The notes under the pieces: generated by a model
Databases searched by the model: none
What the model was told of the DNA's origin: nothing
The model's input: only the letters and a program-made list of their open reading frames with translations
Part shown: positions 10,801-19,684 of the stretch, one piece after another
Layout of the letters: each line of letters starts with the position of its first letter
Position numbering within the stretch: the stretch's first letter is position 1
Position numbers and translations under genes: made by a program
Virus record (IMG/VR): IMGVR_UViG_3300044267_000038
Span: 1 to 24,561 of that record
Source of the DNA: a virus
Lineage: Duplodnaviria > Caudoviricetes
DNA: 24,561 nucleotides
Strand: one strand, 5' to 3'

Positions 10801-12729
10801 ATGACAGTAACAACAACAACAATTAAAAATAGTTATAGCGGTAATGGTTCAACAACAGAGTTTGCTTACACTTTTCCTATTAATTCAACTTCTGAAATAA
10901 CAGTAATTGAAAGATCGGCTACAGGCGCTGAAACAGTTAAATCTGAAGGAACAGGATCTACTAATTATGGTATTTCTGATAACGGAGCTAGTGGTGGAAC
11001 GATTACTATGGTTACAGCTCCGGCAAGTGGAACGACTTTAGTTATTAGAAGAAACACAGCTTTAACACAAGAGACTGATTATGTGGCTAATGACCCTTTC
11101 CCAGCTGAAACGCATGAAGATGCTTTAGATAAACTTAATATGCAGACACAAGAGCTGCAAGAAGAATTAGATAGATCATTTAAAGTTTCAAGAACCAATA
11201 CCATTACTACATCTGAATTTACAGAAAGTGCAACAGACAGAGCATCAAAAGCTTTAGGATTTGACAGCGATGGTAATTTAACAACGATTGCAGATTTCTT
11301 ACCCGCTGGTGGAGATAATGCACAATTAACTTATTCAACAACTACTAGCGATGCAGACCCTGGAGATGGTAAAATTCGTTTTAACAATTCAAGTCTTGCC
11401 TCAGCTACAGAAGCTTATGTAGATGATGAAGATACAAATGGTACAGATATTTCCGCATGGGTGCAATCCTTTGACGATGTAACGGGTAATGCGACTAACA
11501 GAGGAAGATTAAGAGTTACTAAATCTAATTCATTAACTGTTTGGCATACCTTTAAAATTTCTGGAGCTGTTACTGATGCCTCTGGCTATACCAAGTTAGC
11601 TTTAACTTATATTGATGGTGCTGGAAGTTTAGCAGACGCAGATAAGGTATTTATATCTTTTGTTCCATCTGGTGAAGATGGCGCAATACCAGGTTATTTT
11701 TATAAATTTGCGACATCTACTAGCGATAGTGATCCAGGCGGTGGATATTTAAGATTTAATAATGGAACTTATGCCTCAGCAACTGCGATTTATATAGATG
11801 ACGCAGATGCTAATAGCGCAAGTACATCCACAGATGTTTTAACTTGGGATGACTCAACTTCAACAATAAAAGGATATTTACATATTGTTGATATTAATGA
11901 CAGATCAACATACGCAAGATTTTCTATAAGCGGAACTACAACTGATGCAAGCGGATATAATAAATTAGCTGTTACTCACTTAGCGTCTAATAATACTTTT
12001 TCTGCTGATGACGAGTTATCAGTTCATTTTACAAGAACAGGATTAAAAGGAGACACAGGAGCAACTGGTTCAACGGCTGGTACTGCTGGTCTTGGAATGA
12101 CTTGGGATAATTCAACATCCGATGCAGATAATGGAGCTGGAAAAATAGCTTGGAACAATGCAACGATAGCAAGTGCTAGTGTTTTGTATGTGGATGATGT
12201 TGACGATGCGGGAGCCGATATATCTGGTTTCGTTCAAAGCTGGGATGATGTTACAAATACAACAGCAAAAGGCTTTGTTCATGTTGCAAAAGAAGGAGCA
12301 AATTCTACTTATGCAATTTTTAAAGTTAATGGAACTGTAACTGATGCTTCTGGATATACAAAAATTCCAGTAGCTCATGTAGTTTCAAATGGATCATTTT
12401 CAGATGGAGACGGAGTTGGAGTTCAATTTGTTCAATCTGGTAGTGATGGTTCTGGGTCAATGTCTAACTGGGTTGTTTCCGATGGATCTACAACTCAAAC
12501 TATTGCAGATGGTAATACGCTAACTGTTACAGCTGGTGAAGGTATTGATGCTGCCGTATCAGCAACAGATACTTTAACTATTTCTGGTGAAGATGCCTCA
12601 ACAAGTAATAAAGGAGTAGCGAGCTTTGCTACGCAAGATTTTACTGTAGCATCTGGTGCTGTTTCATTAAATCAAAGTCAACATCCAAATATAACAAGCA
12701 CAGGTAAAGCTTTGGTATTTGGATTTTAA
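10801..12729 (+). CDS. Tail fibre protein (T7 gp17-type N-terminal anchor + three tandem ~117-aa domains)
   Basis: N-terminus YSGNGSTTEFAYTFPI...HEDALDKL..QELQEELDRS; three repeats of TSD.DPG.G...NN...TDASGY.K; short collagen-like GLKGDTGATG linker. Confidence 0.85.
   Translation: MTVTTTTIKNSYSGNGSTTEFAYTFPINSTSEITVIERSATGAETVKSEGTGSTNYGISDNGASGGTITMVTAPASGTTLVIRRNTALTQETDYVANDPFPAETHEDALDKLNMQTQELQEELDRSFKVSRTNTITTSEFTESATDRASKALGFDSDGNLTTIADFLPAGGDNAQLTYSTTTSDADPGDGKIRFNNSSLASATEAYVDDEDTNGTDISAWVQSFDDVTGNATNRGRLRVTKSNSLTVWHTFKISGAVTDASGYTKLALTYIDGAGSLADADKVFISFVPSGEDGAIPGYFYKFATSTSDSDPGGGYLRFNNGTYASATAIYIDDADANSASTSTDVLTWDDSTSTIKGYLHIVDINDRSTYARFSISGTTTDASGYNKLAVTHLASNNTFSADDELSVHFTRTGLKGDTGATGSTAGTAGLGMTWDNSTSDADNGAGKIAWNNATIASASVLYVDDVDDAGADISGFVQSWDDVTNTTAKGFVHVAKEGANSTYAIFKVNGTVTDASGYTKIPVAHVVSNGSFSDGDGVGVQFVQSGSDGSGSMSNWVVSDGSTTQTIADGNTLTVTAGEGIDAAVSATDTLTISGEDASTSNKGVASFATQDFTVASGAVSLNQSQHPNITSTGKALVFGF
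11332..12450 (+). repeat. Three tandem protein-domain repeats within the tail fibre
   Basis: Repeats start near 11332, 11701 and 12103, each containing SD(A/S)D.G.G, Y(V/I)DD.D, (W/F)DD and TDASGY(T/N)K. Confidence 0.85.
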
Positions 12730-12744
12730 CAATAGGAGAAAAAT

Positions 12745-13074
12745 ATGGCAAGTGAAGTATTAAAAGTATCACATACAGCAGGAGTTACAAACTCTGAAAG
12801 TGTTTTATTGAACGGAGTGAATGGTCATACATACACTATTCTTTCAATTACAGTTTGTGAAACAGCTGGTGCTGCTGAAACATTTGATCTATACCTAGAC
12901 GATGGCGGAGGTGGAACGGATTATGAAATCCTCTCTGATCAAACTCTTGGTGCTAATGAAACATTTGTATTTAATGACAGATTAGTTTTAGAAGATGAAG
13001 ATCACTTATGTGCAGCAACTGCATCATCAGCAAATGTTGATATAGTTGTAAGTTATTTAGATCAAACAAGATAA
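12745..13074 (+). CDS. Tail-fibre-associated small beta protein (adaptor/chaperone candidate)
   Basis: 109 aa, acidic and beta-strand rich; SD AGGAG; lies directly between the fibre and the propeller genes. Confidence 0.55.
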   Translation: MASEVLKVSHTAGVTNSESVLLNGVNGHTYTILSITVCETAGAAETFDLYLDDGGGGTDYEILSDQTLGANETFVFNDRLVLEDEDHLCAATASSANVDIVVSYLDQTR

Positions 13075-13088
13075 GGAAATTAAAAATT

Positions 13089-14225
13089 ATGACAGGTATA
13101 ATTAAAAAAAATACAGGTAGAGCTTCTGGTTTAGTTGGAGCTGAATCAGCTGGTGTTCCAGCCGTTACTTCAGATCCACCTACTGCAACTCTTGAATTAG
13201 GAGATGTATGGATAAGAACAGATGAAAAAAAATTAAAAGCATATCTTTTAGGTGCTGCTGCTTGGTCTGCTGGAACAGCATCCCCTTGGGGTGCAACTAG
13301 CTGGGCAGCAAATGGACCAGGATATAATGATTATACACTCTTATGTGGTTATGGCGGTCACCCAAAAGGTGGTGGCGATAACGGAGCAAGAGGTGATGAC
13401 CATTTGCATTGGGACGGCTCATCTTGGACTACAGAAACCGATCATCCTTATCACTGTTCAGGTTGTTTTGTAATGGGATCAGATAGTGCAAAATTATCAG
13501 GTGGTGGTCATGGTAACCCTGCTGGACCAGGTTCACCTATTCACCCATCTTATACTGGAACAACTATTTCTCAAGAATGGGATGGCTCATCTTGGGGATC
13601 ATCAGCAACTTTAAATTATCATGGTTCAAGTTGGGATCAACAAGCTGGTCATGGAGGAACTCAATCTTCGGGATATACTATTAATGGCTGGACTTCACCA
13701 TCACCATCTAACCAAATGCAAACTTATAATGGTTCATCATGGTCAGCTGGAACCACTACACCTATTTCAACAAACCAGCATGTTAATAGTGCTGGACCAG
13801 CTACGAATATTTTAGCTTTTGGAGGTGGACCAGGATATTCAAACAATTCAATCGAATGGGATGGAAGCAGTTGGTCAAGTGGTGGATCTTTAAATGTTAC
13901 AAGAAATGAGGGTTCTCGAATGGGAACTACAGATACTTCAGCAGGTGGCTCAGGTGTTTTAGCTATTGGTGGTGCTTCTCCATATAACACAACAGAATTA
14001 TACAACGGAAGTAGTTGGTCAACAGATGTAGCATTACATACGGCACCGACTTATGGCAGTTCATCAAGTGATCAAGGTCACAGAAGTGGTGGAAATACAG
14101 GAGGTGGAAATGCAAGAGGCATTACATCTGGAGGTGGTTCACCACCATATCCTTCAAGTATGCAAGCAGTTTATCAAGGAGAAGCCTTAGCTGCTCTTAG
14201 TTCACCAACAACATTCGGTGGTTAA
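13089..14225 (+). CDS. Kelch-like beta-propeller protein, putative receptor-binding protein
   Basis: N-terminal DP....GDVW.RTD...LK fibre-type motif, then five (W/Y)(D/N)GSSW repeats plus one degenerate copy, with intervening GG motifs. Confidence 0.7.
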   Translation: MTGIIKKNTGRASGLVGAESAGVPAVTSDPPTATLELGDVWIRTDEKKLKAYLLGAAAWSAGTASPWGATSWAANGPGYNDYTLLCGYGGHPKGGGDNGARGDDHLHWDGSSWTTETDHPYHCSGCFVMGSDSAKLSGGGHGNPAGPGSPIHPSYTGTTISQEWDGSSWGSSATLNYHGSSWDQQAGHGGTQSSGYTINGWTSPSPSNQMQTYNGSSWSAGTTTPISTNQHVNSAGPATNILAFGGGPGYSNNSIEWDGSSWSSGGSLNVTRNEGSRMGTTDTSAGGSGVLAIGGASPYNTTELYNGSSWSTDVALHTAPTYGSSSSDQGHRSGGNTGGGNARGITSGGGSPPYPSSMQAVYQGEALAALSSPTTFGG

Positions 14226-14242
14226 TTTAGAAAGGAAATATT

Positions 14243-14545
14243 ATGGCAAATTTATATTGTACTTCAAATAATACAGGAAAAAATTTTGTTACTCATGCTG
14301 AACAAGAAAACGCAGAACCTTTAAATGCTAGAGGTTATCCAGGTAATGTTTGGGTTGTTAATGATAATGCAACAGGAACAGCTTGGATTACAAAAGTTCA
14401 TGGGGTTTCTAAAACAAAATCAGAAGCTCAAACTCTAGTGAATACTGCTGTTGCATCTTTGCAATCTGCTTGGGATGCTTTAGAAGATGATGATTTTAGA
14501 AAAGAACCACCAAAAACAAGACCCGCTTCAATAACGCTTCCGTAA
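14243..14545 (+). CDS. Hypothetical protein (partner of the propeller protein)
   Basis: 100-aa ORF with SD AAGGA, in the late operon. Confidence 0.6.
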   Translation: MANLYCTSNNTGKNFVTHAEQENAEPLNARGYPGNVWVVNDNATGTAWITKVHGVSKTKSEAQTLVNTAVASLQSAWDALEDDDFRKEPPKTRPASITLP

Positions 14546-14560
14546 ATTATATCAAATTTT

Positions 14561-15277
14561 ATGTCAAAAAAAATAAATCCGTTAATACCTAAAGATGATC
14601 AATTATTAAATATATTAAGCGAGGATGAGGTAAAAGATTTTAAAGCTATGCGTCTTGAACTACAAGACACTTGGTTTAAAAATCAAATGTTTAGAACTGA
14701 AACTGAAATGAGGGTTTCTGTATTAAACGATCTTAAACACCCAACACCAGCTTCTAAATATTGGCAATCTGTTAGAGAACAGAATGTTATGTTTGAACAA
14801 TTAATAGTTCTTTCATTCGATTATAGAAAAAATGCAGTGTGTATTCAAAAACTTGAAAAAGAAATTGCAGAAGAAAAAGATCCTTTAGAAAGAGAACTTA
14901 AACAAGTAGATTTAGATGAACGACTTTATTGTAAAGCACATTTAGAACTTACAGCTAAAGATAGAATGAGAGAGTTAAAATTATGGTCTCATTTAAAATC
15001 AGAATTAGTTAAAGAAGATCCTAACTTTGACAAACAAAATGTTGCTACTCATCAAAAAGAATCTTTACCAAAAAGATTACTTCAAACCTGGAAATATTTT
15101 ACTGACGCAAAAGATGGTGATGGAGCAAAGAATATAGCTTCTCAAATTATAACAGCTACACGATTAAACAAAGAAGGAAGATTACCTGACATTAAAGAAT
15201 ATGAAGCTCTTAAACAAACAAAAGAATATAAAAATCTTCAAAAAAATCCAGTAGTTGATGATAAAATCGTTAAATAA
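14561..15277 (+). CDS. Hypothetical coiled-coil protein
   Basis: 238-aa ORF, charged and helical; overlaps the first oxygenase gene. Confidence 0.65.
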   Translation: MSKKINPLIPKDDQLLNILSEDEVKDFKAMRLELQDTWFKNQMFRTETEMRVSVLNDLKHPTPASKYWQSVREQNVMFEQLIVLSFDYRKNAVCIQKLEKEIAEEKDPLERELKQVDLDERLYCKAHLELTAKDRMRELKLWSHLKSELVKEDPNFDKQNVATHQKESLPKRLLQTWKYFTDAKDGDGAKNIASQIITATRLNKEGRLPDIKEYEALKQTKEYKNLQKNPVVDDKIVK

Positions 15278-15848
15278 TTTTTTATCATCTAATGAGCTTA
15301 ATTTAGCTATTGAATATTGGAAGATAAAAGAACAATCTTTAAAACCTTGTGGTCAAGAAAAAAATGCTGTTGCTGAATATTCAGATATTTTAAGTGAAAC
15401 ATTTTTAAAAATAAAACAGCCTATTATTGAAGAAGCTGTTGGAGAAAAGTTAATACCAACTTATAGCTATTCAAGAATGTATTATAAAGGCTCTGAATTA
15501 AAAAGGCATGTTGACAGACCACCATGCGAAATATCAGTTAGCTTTAGTATTTTTGGAACTGATAATTGGAAATTGTGGTTTCATAAATTAATTGAAGAAA
15601 GAGGTAAGGTGGTTGATCCTAATGCTCAACCTACTTCAATAACTATCAAAGCTGGTGATGGTGCAGTTTATGAGGGATGCCAGTATCAACATTGGAGAGA
15701 TCCGTATGATGGAGAAAAAGGTATGCAAATTTTTATACACTACATCAGAGCAAACGGAAGATATAAAGCTTTTACATACGATGGCAGAAAAACATTAGGT
15801 ATTCAAAAAACTAATCAAGCTATGAAAGAATTATGGAGTAATGTATAA
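15255..15848 (+). CDS. 2OG-Fe(II) oxygenase family protein
   Basis: YSRMY..G..L.RHVDR..CEIS (HxD), GDG..Y.G...HWR (distal His and Arg), QIFIHY. Confidence 0.85.
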   Translation: MMIKSLNNFLSSNELNLAIEYWKIKEQSLKPCGQEKNAVAEYSDILSETFLKIKQPIIEEAVGEKLIPTYSYSRMYYKGSELKRHVDRPPCEISVSFSIFGTDNWKLWFHKLIEERGKVVDPNAQPTSITIKAGDGAVYEGCQYQHWRDPYDGEKGMQIFIHYIRANGRYKAFTYDGRKTLGIQKTNQAMKELWSNV

Positions 15849-16465
15849 TGCCTATATGGTTAGAGCCTAAATGGAAATCTTACATTGTTGAATCTAATGC
15901 TCCTTTATTTACTAAAGAACAATGCGAACATATTATTAGAGTTGGTCAATCAATTAAACAAGAAGATGCAAAAGTTGGAAGCAATAAAACAAAAGATGGA
16001 AAAACAGAAACATCTGGAGTAAATGATTCTAAAAGAAGAATTACTACTGTTTCATGGTTACCTTTAGATCATAAAGAAACTGATCCTATGTATACTCTAG
16101 TTGATAGATGGGTTAAAAATATTAATATTAATCATTTTGGTTTTGAAGGCATACAAATAGGAGAGAGAGCGCAGTACACAGAATATCCAACTGGCGCTTT
16201 TTATGATTGGCATACAGATAGTGAAGTCAATATGACTACACAACCTACAGTTAGAAAAATGTCTATGACTTGTTTACTTTCTGATCCTTCTGAATTTGAA
16301 GGTGGAGAATTAGAATTAATTGGTGAATCTGAAACACCTAAAGCAAAAATGAAACAGGGTCATGCCGTATTCTTTGCAAGTTTTATTAGACATAGAGTTA
16401 AACCAGTAACTAAAGGAAATCGTAAATCTTTAGTAATGTGGTTTAGTGGACCACCATTTAAGTAA
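15848..16465 (+). CDS. 2OG-Fe(II) oxygenase (PKHD/prolyl-4-hydroxylase-like)
   Basis: QYTEY..G.FYDWHTD (HxD), RKMSMT..LSDP.EFEGGEL, HRVKPVTKG.RKSLVMW. Confidence 0.9.
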   Translation: MPIWLEPKWKSYIVESNAPLFTKEQCEHIIRVGQSIKQEDAKVGSNKTKDGKTETSGVNDSKRRITTVSWLPLDHKETDPMYTLVDRWVKNININHFGFEGIQIGERAQYTEYPTGAFYDWHTDSEVNMTTQPTVRKMSMTCLLSDPSEFEGGELELIGESETPKAKMKQGHAVFFASFIRHRVKPVTKGNRKSLVMWFSGPPFK

Positions 16466-16498
16466 TTTATATAAACATTAACAACAAAGGGTAAGACT

Positions 16499-16711
16499 AT
16501 GAAAGTGCTACTCGTTATGATTATGTGTAGTGCTATTCAGCAAGAATGCCTTGCTCCACATCAAATGCCAAATCTATACAATAATTATTACGATTGTTTA
16601 AATGCTGGATATGATGAAGCATTAAAAAAACAAAAAGAAATAGGAAAGTTAGAAACTAATAAACATCAAATTTTTATTAGGTTTCGATGTGAATACTTAA
16701 ATGAAACTTAA
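16499..16711 (+). CDS. Small exported Cys-containing hypothetical protein
   Basis: 70 aa; hydrophobic N-terminus MKVLLVMIM; four Cys. Confidence 0.6.
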   Translation: MKVLLVMIMCSAIQQECLAPHQMPNLYNNYYDCLNAGYDEALKKQKEIGKLETNKHQIFIRFRCEYLNET

Positions 16712-16931
16712 AAGAAAAAAAACAATATCTGAAAACACTAATGCAATAAAAATTTCATATCACGAAAAGGTATGTCAAGAGCGTATGAAAACTATTTTTA
16801 AAGTTTTAGATGAAATGCGTAAAGATGTTAAAGATTTAAAAGCTGATATGAATAGGGGTAAGGGTGCTGCTGCAATAATAATATTACTTGGAGGTTTGCT
16901 TGGCTCGGTCTTTTACTTCTTCACGAAATAG
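16701..16931 (+). CDS. XhlA/holin-like membrane protein
   Basis: 76 aa; HE..C.ER coiled coil followed by a C-terminal TM helix (AAAIIILLGGLLGSVFYFF); upstream of the lysozyme. Confidence 0.55.
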   Translation: MKLKRKKTISENTNAIKISYHEKVCQERMKTIFKVLDEMRKDVKDLKADMNRGKGAAAIIILLGGLLGSVFYFFTK

Positions 16932-17196
16932 AAAAACCGCATCTGTTGGTTTAAGTAATGAACTATTAGCACAGGCTAAGTTTGCCAAGAATCCAGACTT
17001 AATTGTCTTTGTTCCTGTTGGCGGTAATGGACCCATAGATATTCTAACTCTCAACACTAAGACTAAGGAGATTAAAACTTATGATGTTAAGACACAAAAC
17101 TTTCGCAGCAATGGTTGGAAGATTGCAAGAGGAAGAACTAAGGAACAAAAAAAACTAGGTGTTAAAATACTTAATTTTAACCCAAAGAAAACTTGA
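16900..17196 (+). CDS. Small PD-(D/E)xK-fold nuclease (resolvase/homing-type)
   Basis: G..NE..A helix, GPIDIL and YDVKT motifs. TTG at 16900 with GGAGG (16890-16894) is preferred over the start at 16888. Confidence 0.6.
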   Translation: MARSFTSSRNRKTASVGLSNELLAQAKFAKNPDLIVFVPVGGNGPIDILTLNTKTKEIKTYDVKTQNFRSNGWKIARGRTKEQKKLGVKILNFNPKKT

Positions 17197-17205
17197 GGAG
17201 ATAAA

Positions 17206-17643
17206 ATGTCAGACTACAAAGAACTTGAACTTAAAATTCGAAAACACGAAGGGTACAGAGATCATATCTACCTTGATAGCCGTTCCATTCCTACTTTTGG
17301 TTATGGTCACATGGTACTACCCGATGATGATCTTGTTGAAGGTAAGCATTATCCTATTGAAGTTGCTGAGGAATATTTCACTAAAGATTTTAACATTGCT
17401 GTATCGGCTGCTGAGAAACTTATAGGAGATATTAATTTAAACTTCATTCAAAAGTGCTGCATAATTCAAATGACTTATCAGCTCGGTGGACCCCGTACTG
17501 CTAAATTTAAAAAGATGTGGCAAGCTTTAAGAGATGGAGATGCACAAGAAGCGTCAGCACAAATTTTAGATTCGGCTTGGCATAAGCAAACGCCTGGTCG
17601 TTGTGAAGAGGTTGCATCAGAAATGGCTAGTAGTATTTTATGA
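17206..17643 (+). CDS. Endolysin, T4-type lysozyme (GH24)
   Basis: HEG.R...YLDS...PT.GYGH (Glu-Asp-Thr triad), M.YQLG, FKKM..AL, LDS.W.KQTP.R. Confidence 0.92.
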   Translation: MSDYKELELKIRKHEGYRDHIYLDSRSIPTFGYGHMVLPDDDLVEGKHYPIEVAEEYFTKDFNIAVSAAEKLIGDINLNFIQKCCIIQMTYQLGGPRTAKFKKMWQALRDGDAQEASAQILDSAWHKQTPGRCEEVASEMASSIL

Positions 17644-18008
17644 TCCACTTATTAAAAATATTTAATAACCCATTAACTAAAATGGTTATTAATAAAGCAA
17701 CAGATCACTTTAAACATAAAGCTGAAAAGCAAAAAGTAATAAGAGCTGCTGAAATAGAGGCAGCTAAGGATGTCGATATAACTAGAATTAAAAGTCAGAA
17801 CAACACGATAAAAGATGAAGTGTTAATGTTCTGGTTAATTGGAATGCTTACTACTGGCTGGTTCCCAGCTACAAGAGAAAACTTTAGAGAATGGGTAGGT
17901 ATAATAAACGATTTACCAGATAGCGTATGGTACTTGGTTATTATTGTTTTTACTGCCAGCTTTGGTTCTAAAGTTTCTGACAAACTAATGAACAGGAAGA
18001 AAAAATAA
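17640..18008 (+). CDS. Holin-like membrane protein
   Basis: 122 aa; ATGA overlap with the lysozyme; KDE motif followed by two hydrophobic segments, an ASFG motif and a basic C-terminus RKKK. Confidence 0.65.
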   Translation: MIHLLKIFNNPLTKMVINKATDHFKHKAEKQKVIRAAEIEAAKDVDITRIKSQNNTIKDEVLMFWLIGMLTTGWFPATRENFREWVGIINDLPDSVWYLVIIVFTASFGSKVSDKLMNRKKK

Positions 18009-18295
18009 TGCCAATAACTAAATCAGATTTTGATCCTAATTGCTTTGGTTCACAATACGATGATGCTCCAGAAACATTACACTTTCAATTTGAAGGTGTG
18101 AGATGTGATAACTATGTGTATCGTTATGTATTGGTCGATAAGTTTAGACCCAATAAAATAGATTCAAGAAGTAAGAAAACAGAAGAAGAAAAGAATTTAG
18201 ATCACAAACAGATTAGTGCTAAATATAAAAGATGTGAACACCATCAAGAGGTAAAGCCTAGCTTTATAGATAAGATTAAAAAAGTTTTATTTTAA
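18008..18295 (+). CDS. Hypothetical protein
   Basis: 95-aa ORF coupled by TAATG overlaps at both ends. Confidence 0.6.
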   Translation: MPITKSDFDPNCFGSQYDDAPETLHFQFEGVRCDNYVYRYVLVDKFRPNKIDSRSKKTEEEKNLDHKQISAKYKRCEHHQEVKPSFIDKIKKVLF

Positions 18296-18429
18296 TGGCA
18301 AAAAAAAGACCATTATTCGGTGTTTCAAATTATGTAAAAAAAACAAGAAAAAAAAGAAGAGGCAGACACGCTAAAAGTTATTCAAAGCGTGTCCCGTCAA
18401 GAAGTAAGTATAGGGGTCAAGGCAGATGA
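18295..18429 (+). CDS. Small very basic protein (44 aa; not in ORF track)
   Basis: MAKKRPLFGVSNYVKKTRKKRRGRHAKSYSKRVPSRSKYRGQGR; fills the gap exactly, with TAATG and ATGA overlaps. Confidence 0.75.
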   Translation: MAKKRPLFGVSNYVKKTRKKRRGRHAKSYSKRVPSRSKYRGQGR

Positions 18430-18785
18430 AGATAAACGATAATACAAATATAAGCTTGCCTGTAAGAAATCTTATAGCTTTATTAGCAGCAGTAGCTATG
18501 GGTATCTTTGCTTATACAGAAATTACTACTAGACTTACTAGCTTAGAAACTTCAAGAGAATTGTTTAATGCTGATTTATTAAAAAAATCTCATCAAAAGC
18601 CTGTGGACCAGGAACAATTTATGCTTCTGGAAGAGTTATATAAATCCGTGGAGAAAATTGAAATTAGAATTGAAGATATGATGCACAACAAAGTTAATAT
18701 AGAATTTGTACAAAAACAATTATCAAAAGCTCTTACTGATATTGAAGAATTAAAAGATAAAGTTAGAGCAAATGGATCGCATTAA
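18426..18785 (+). CDS. Membrane-anchored coiled-coil hypothetical protein
   Basis: 119 aa; TM segment LIALLAAVAMGIFAY followed by a heptad-rich region. Confidence 0.7.
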   Translation: MKINDNTNISLPVRNLIALLAAVAMGIFAYTEITTRLTSLETSRELFNADLLKKSHQKPVDQEQFMLLEELYKSVEKIEIRIEDMMHNKVNIEFVQKQLSKALTDIEELKDKVRANGSH

Positions 18786-18995
18786 ATGGAAATTGTAATT
18801 GCACTTTTAATGTTTGTAGATCATGAGATTAAAGAGCATCGTATTCAAGACTCAATGAGTGTCTGCTTAAAGCATAAGCGAGAAGCTTCGAGACAGATAA
18901 ATGAAAACATAGAATACAAGTGTATTAAAACTAAAGCAGAATTAGAAACTAATATTGATGGAACTAAATCCATTAAGAAAATTATTTTAGAATAA
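18786..18995 (+). CDS. Small exported hypothetical protein (2 Cys)
   Basis: 69 aa; hydrophobic N-terminus MEIVIALLMFV; starts directly after the previous stop codon. Confidence 0.65.
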   Translation: MEIVIALLMFVDHEIKEHRIQDSMSVCLKHKREASRQINENIEYKCIKTKAELETNIDGTKSIKKIILE

Positions 18996-19007
18996 TTATG
19001 AGGGAGA

Positions 19008-19574
19008 ATGAAAAAATTAATTATATTGTTTTTATTACTTACAACATCGGTGTACGCTGGCTCAACGCAATCTAATGTTAGTGGAAGCAATACTGCTATT
19101 GAAGGAAATTACACAGGGGGATCTACAACTTATGAAAGTGGATCATCATCTAGCTCAACAACAAATTCTACAAGTAATTCTAATATAAGATCTGCACCAC
19201 CAACTTCAGCATCACCAGGAGTAAATACTTCTAATAATTGTGCTATTGCTTTATCGGGTGGAGTACAGACTTTTTCTATTGGAGTGTCAGGTGGTAAATC
19301 TTATCAAGATAAAACTTGCGAATTAATTGCTTTATCAAAAACATTAAGTGGTATGGGAATGAAGGTTGCTGCAATCAGTTTGTTATGTAGTGATGAAAGA
19401 ATTTTTGAAGCTATGTTTATGGCAAAAACTTATTGTCCCGTAGATGGAGAAATAGGAGAAAAAGCTTACAACTTATTAGTTAACAAATACGACTACGAAA
19501 TGCCTACTTATAAAAAGTATGTAGCACTTGAAAAAAAAAACAAAAACAAAATTAAAATAGAGAAATTAAAATGA
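19008..19574 (+). CDS. Secreted Ser/Thr-rich hypothetical protein (4 Cys)
   Basis: 188 aa; Sec signal MKKLIILFLLLTTSVYA|G; S/T/N-rich stretch; SD GAGGGAG. Confidence 0.75.
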   Translation: MKKLIILFLLLTTSVYAGSTQSNVSGSNTAIEGNYTGGSTTYESGSSSSSTTNSTSNSNIRSAPPTSASPGVNTSNNCAIALSGGVQTFSIGVSGGKSYQDKTCELIALSKTLSGMGMKVAAISLLCSDERIFEAMFMAKTYCPVDGEIGEKAYNLLVNKYDYEMPTYKKYVALEKKNKNKIKIEKLK

Positions 19575-19684
19575 TTTGGTTTCTTTTATTTACAGGAGTA
19601 ATGGTTTATGCGGTATATGCTATTAATACTTTTGCTGATGATGTTAACCCTTACAACTTCAGCAGAAGAGATAACGACAGGTAA
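19571..19684 (+). CDS. Small membrane peptide (37 aa; not in ORF track)
   Basis: MIWFLLFTGVMVYAVYAINTFADDVNPYNFSRRDNDR; ATGA-coupled to the upstream gene; overlaps the start of the next gene in another frame. Confidence 0.5.
   Translation: MIWFLLFTGVMVYAVYAINTFADDVNPYNFSRRDNDR

Noticed and set aside
10801-14225. Diversity-generating retroelement targeting the fibre or propeller, as in BPP-1
   Set aside because: There is no reverse transcriptase in the window and I saw no TR/VR pair differing at adenines; the repeats are diverged protein-level duplications.
13252-17425. Alternative-frame + strand ORFs 13252-13473, 13621-13815 and 17159-17425
   Set aside because: They lie within or largely overlap the propeller and lysozyme genes, and their composition is that of frame-shifted coding sequence.
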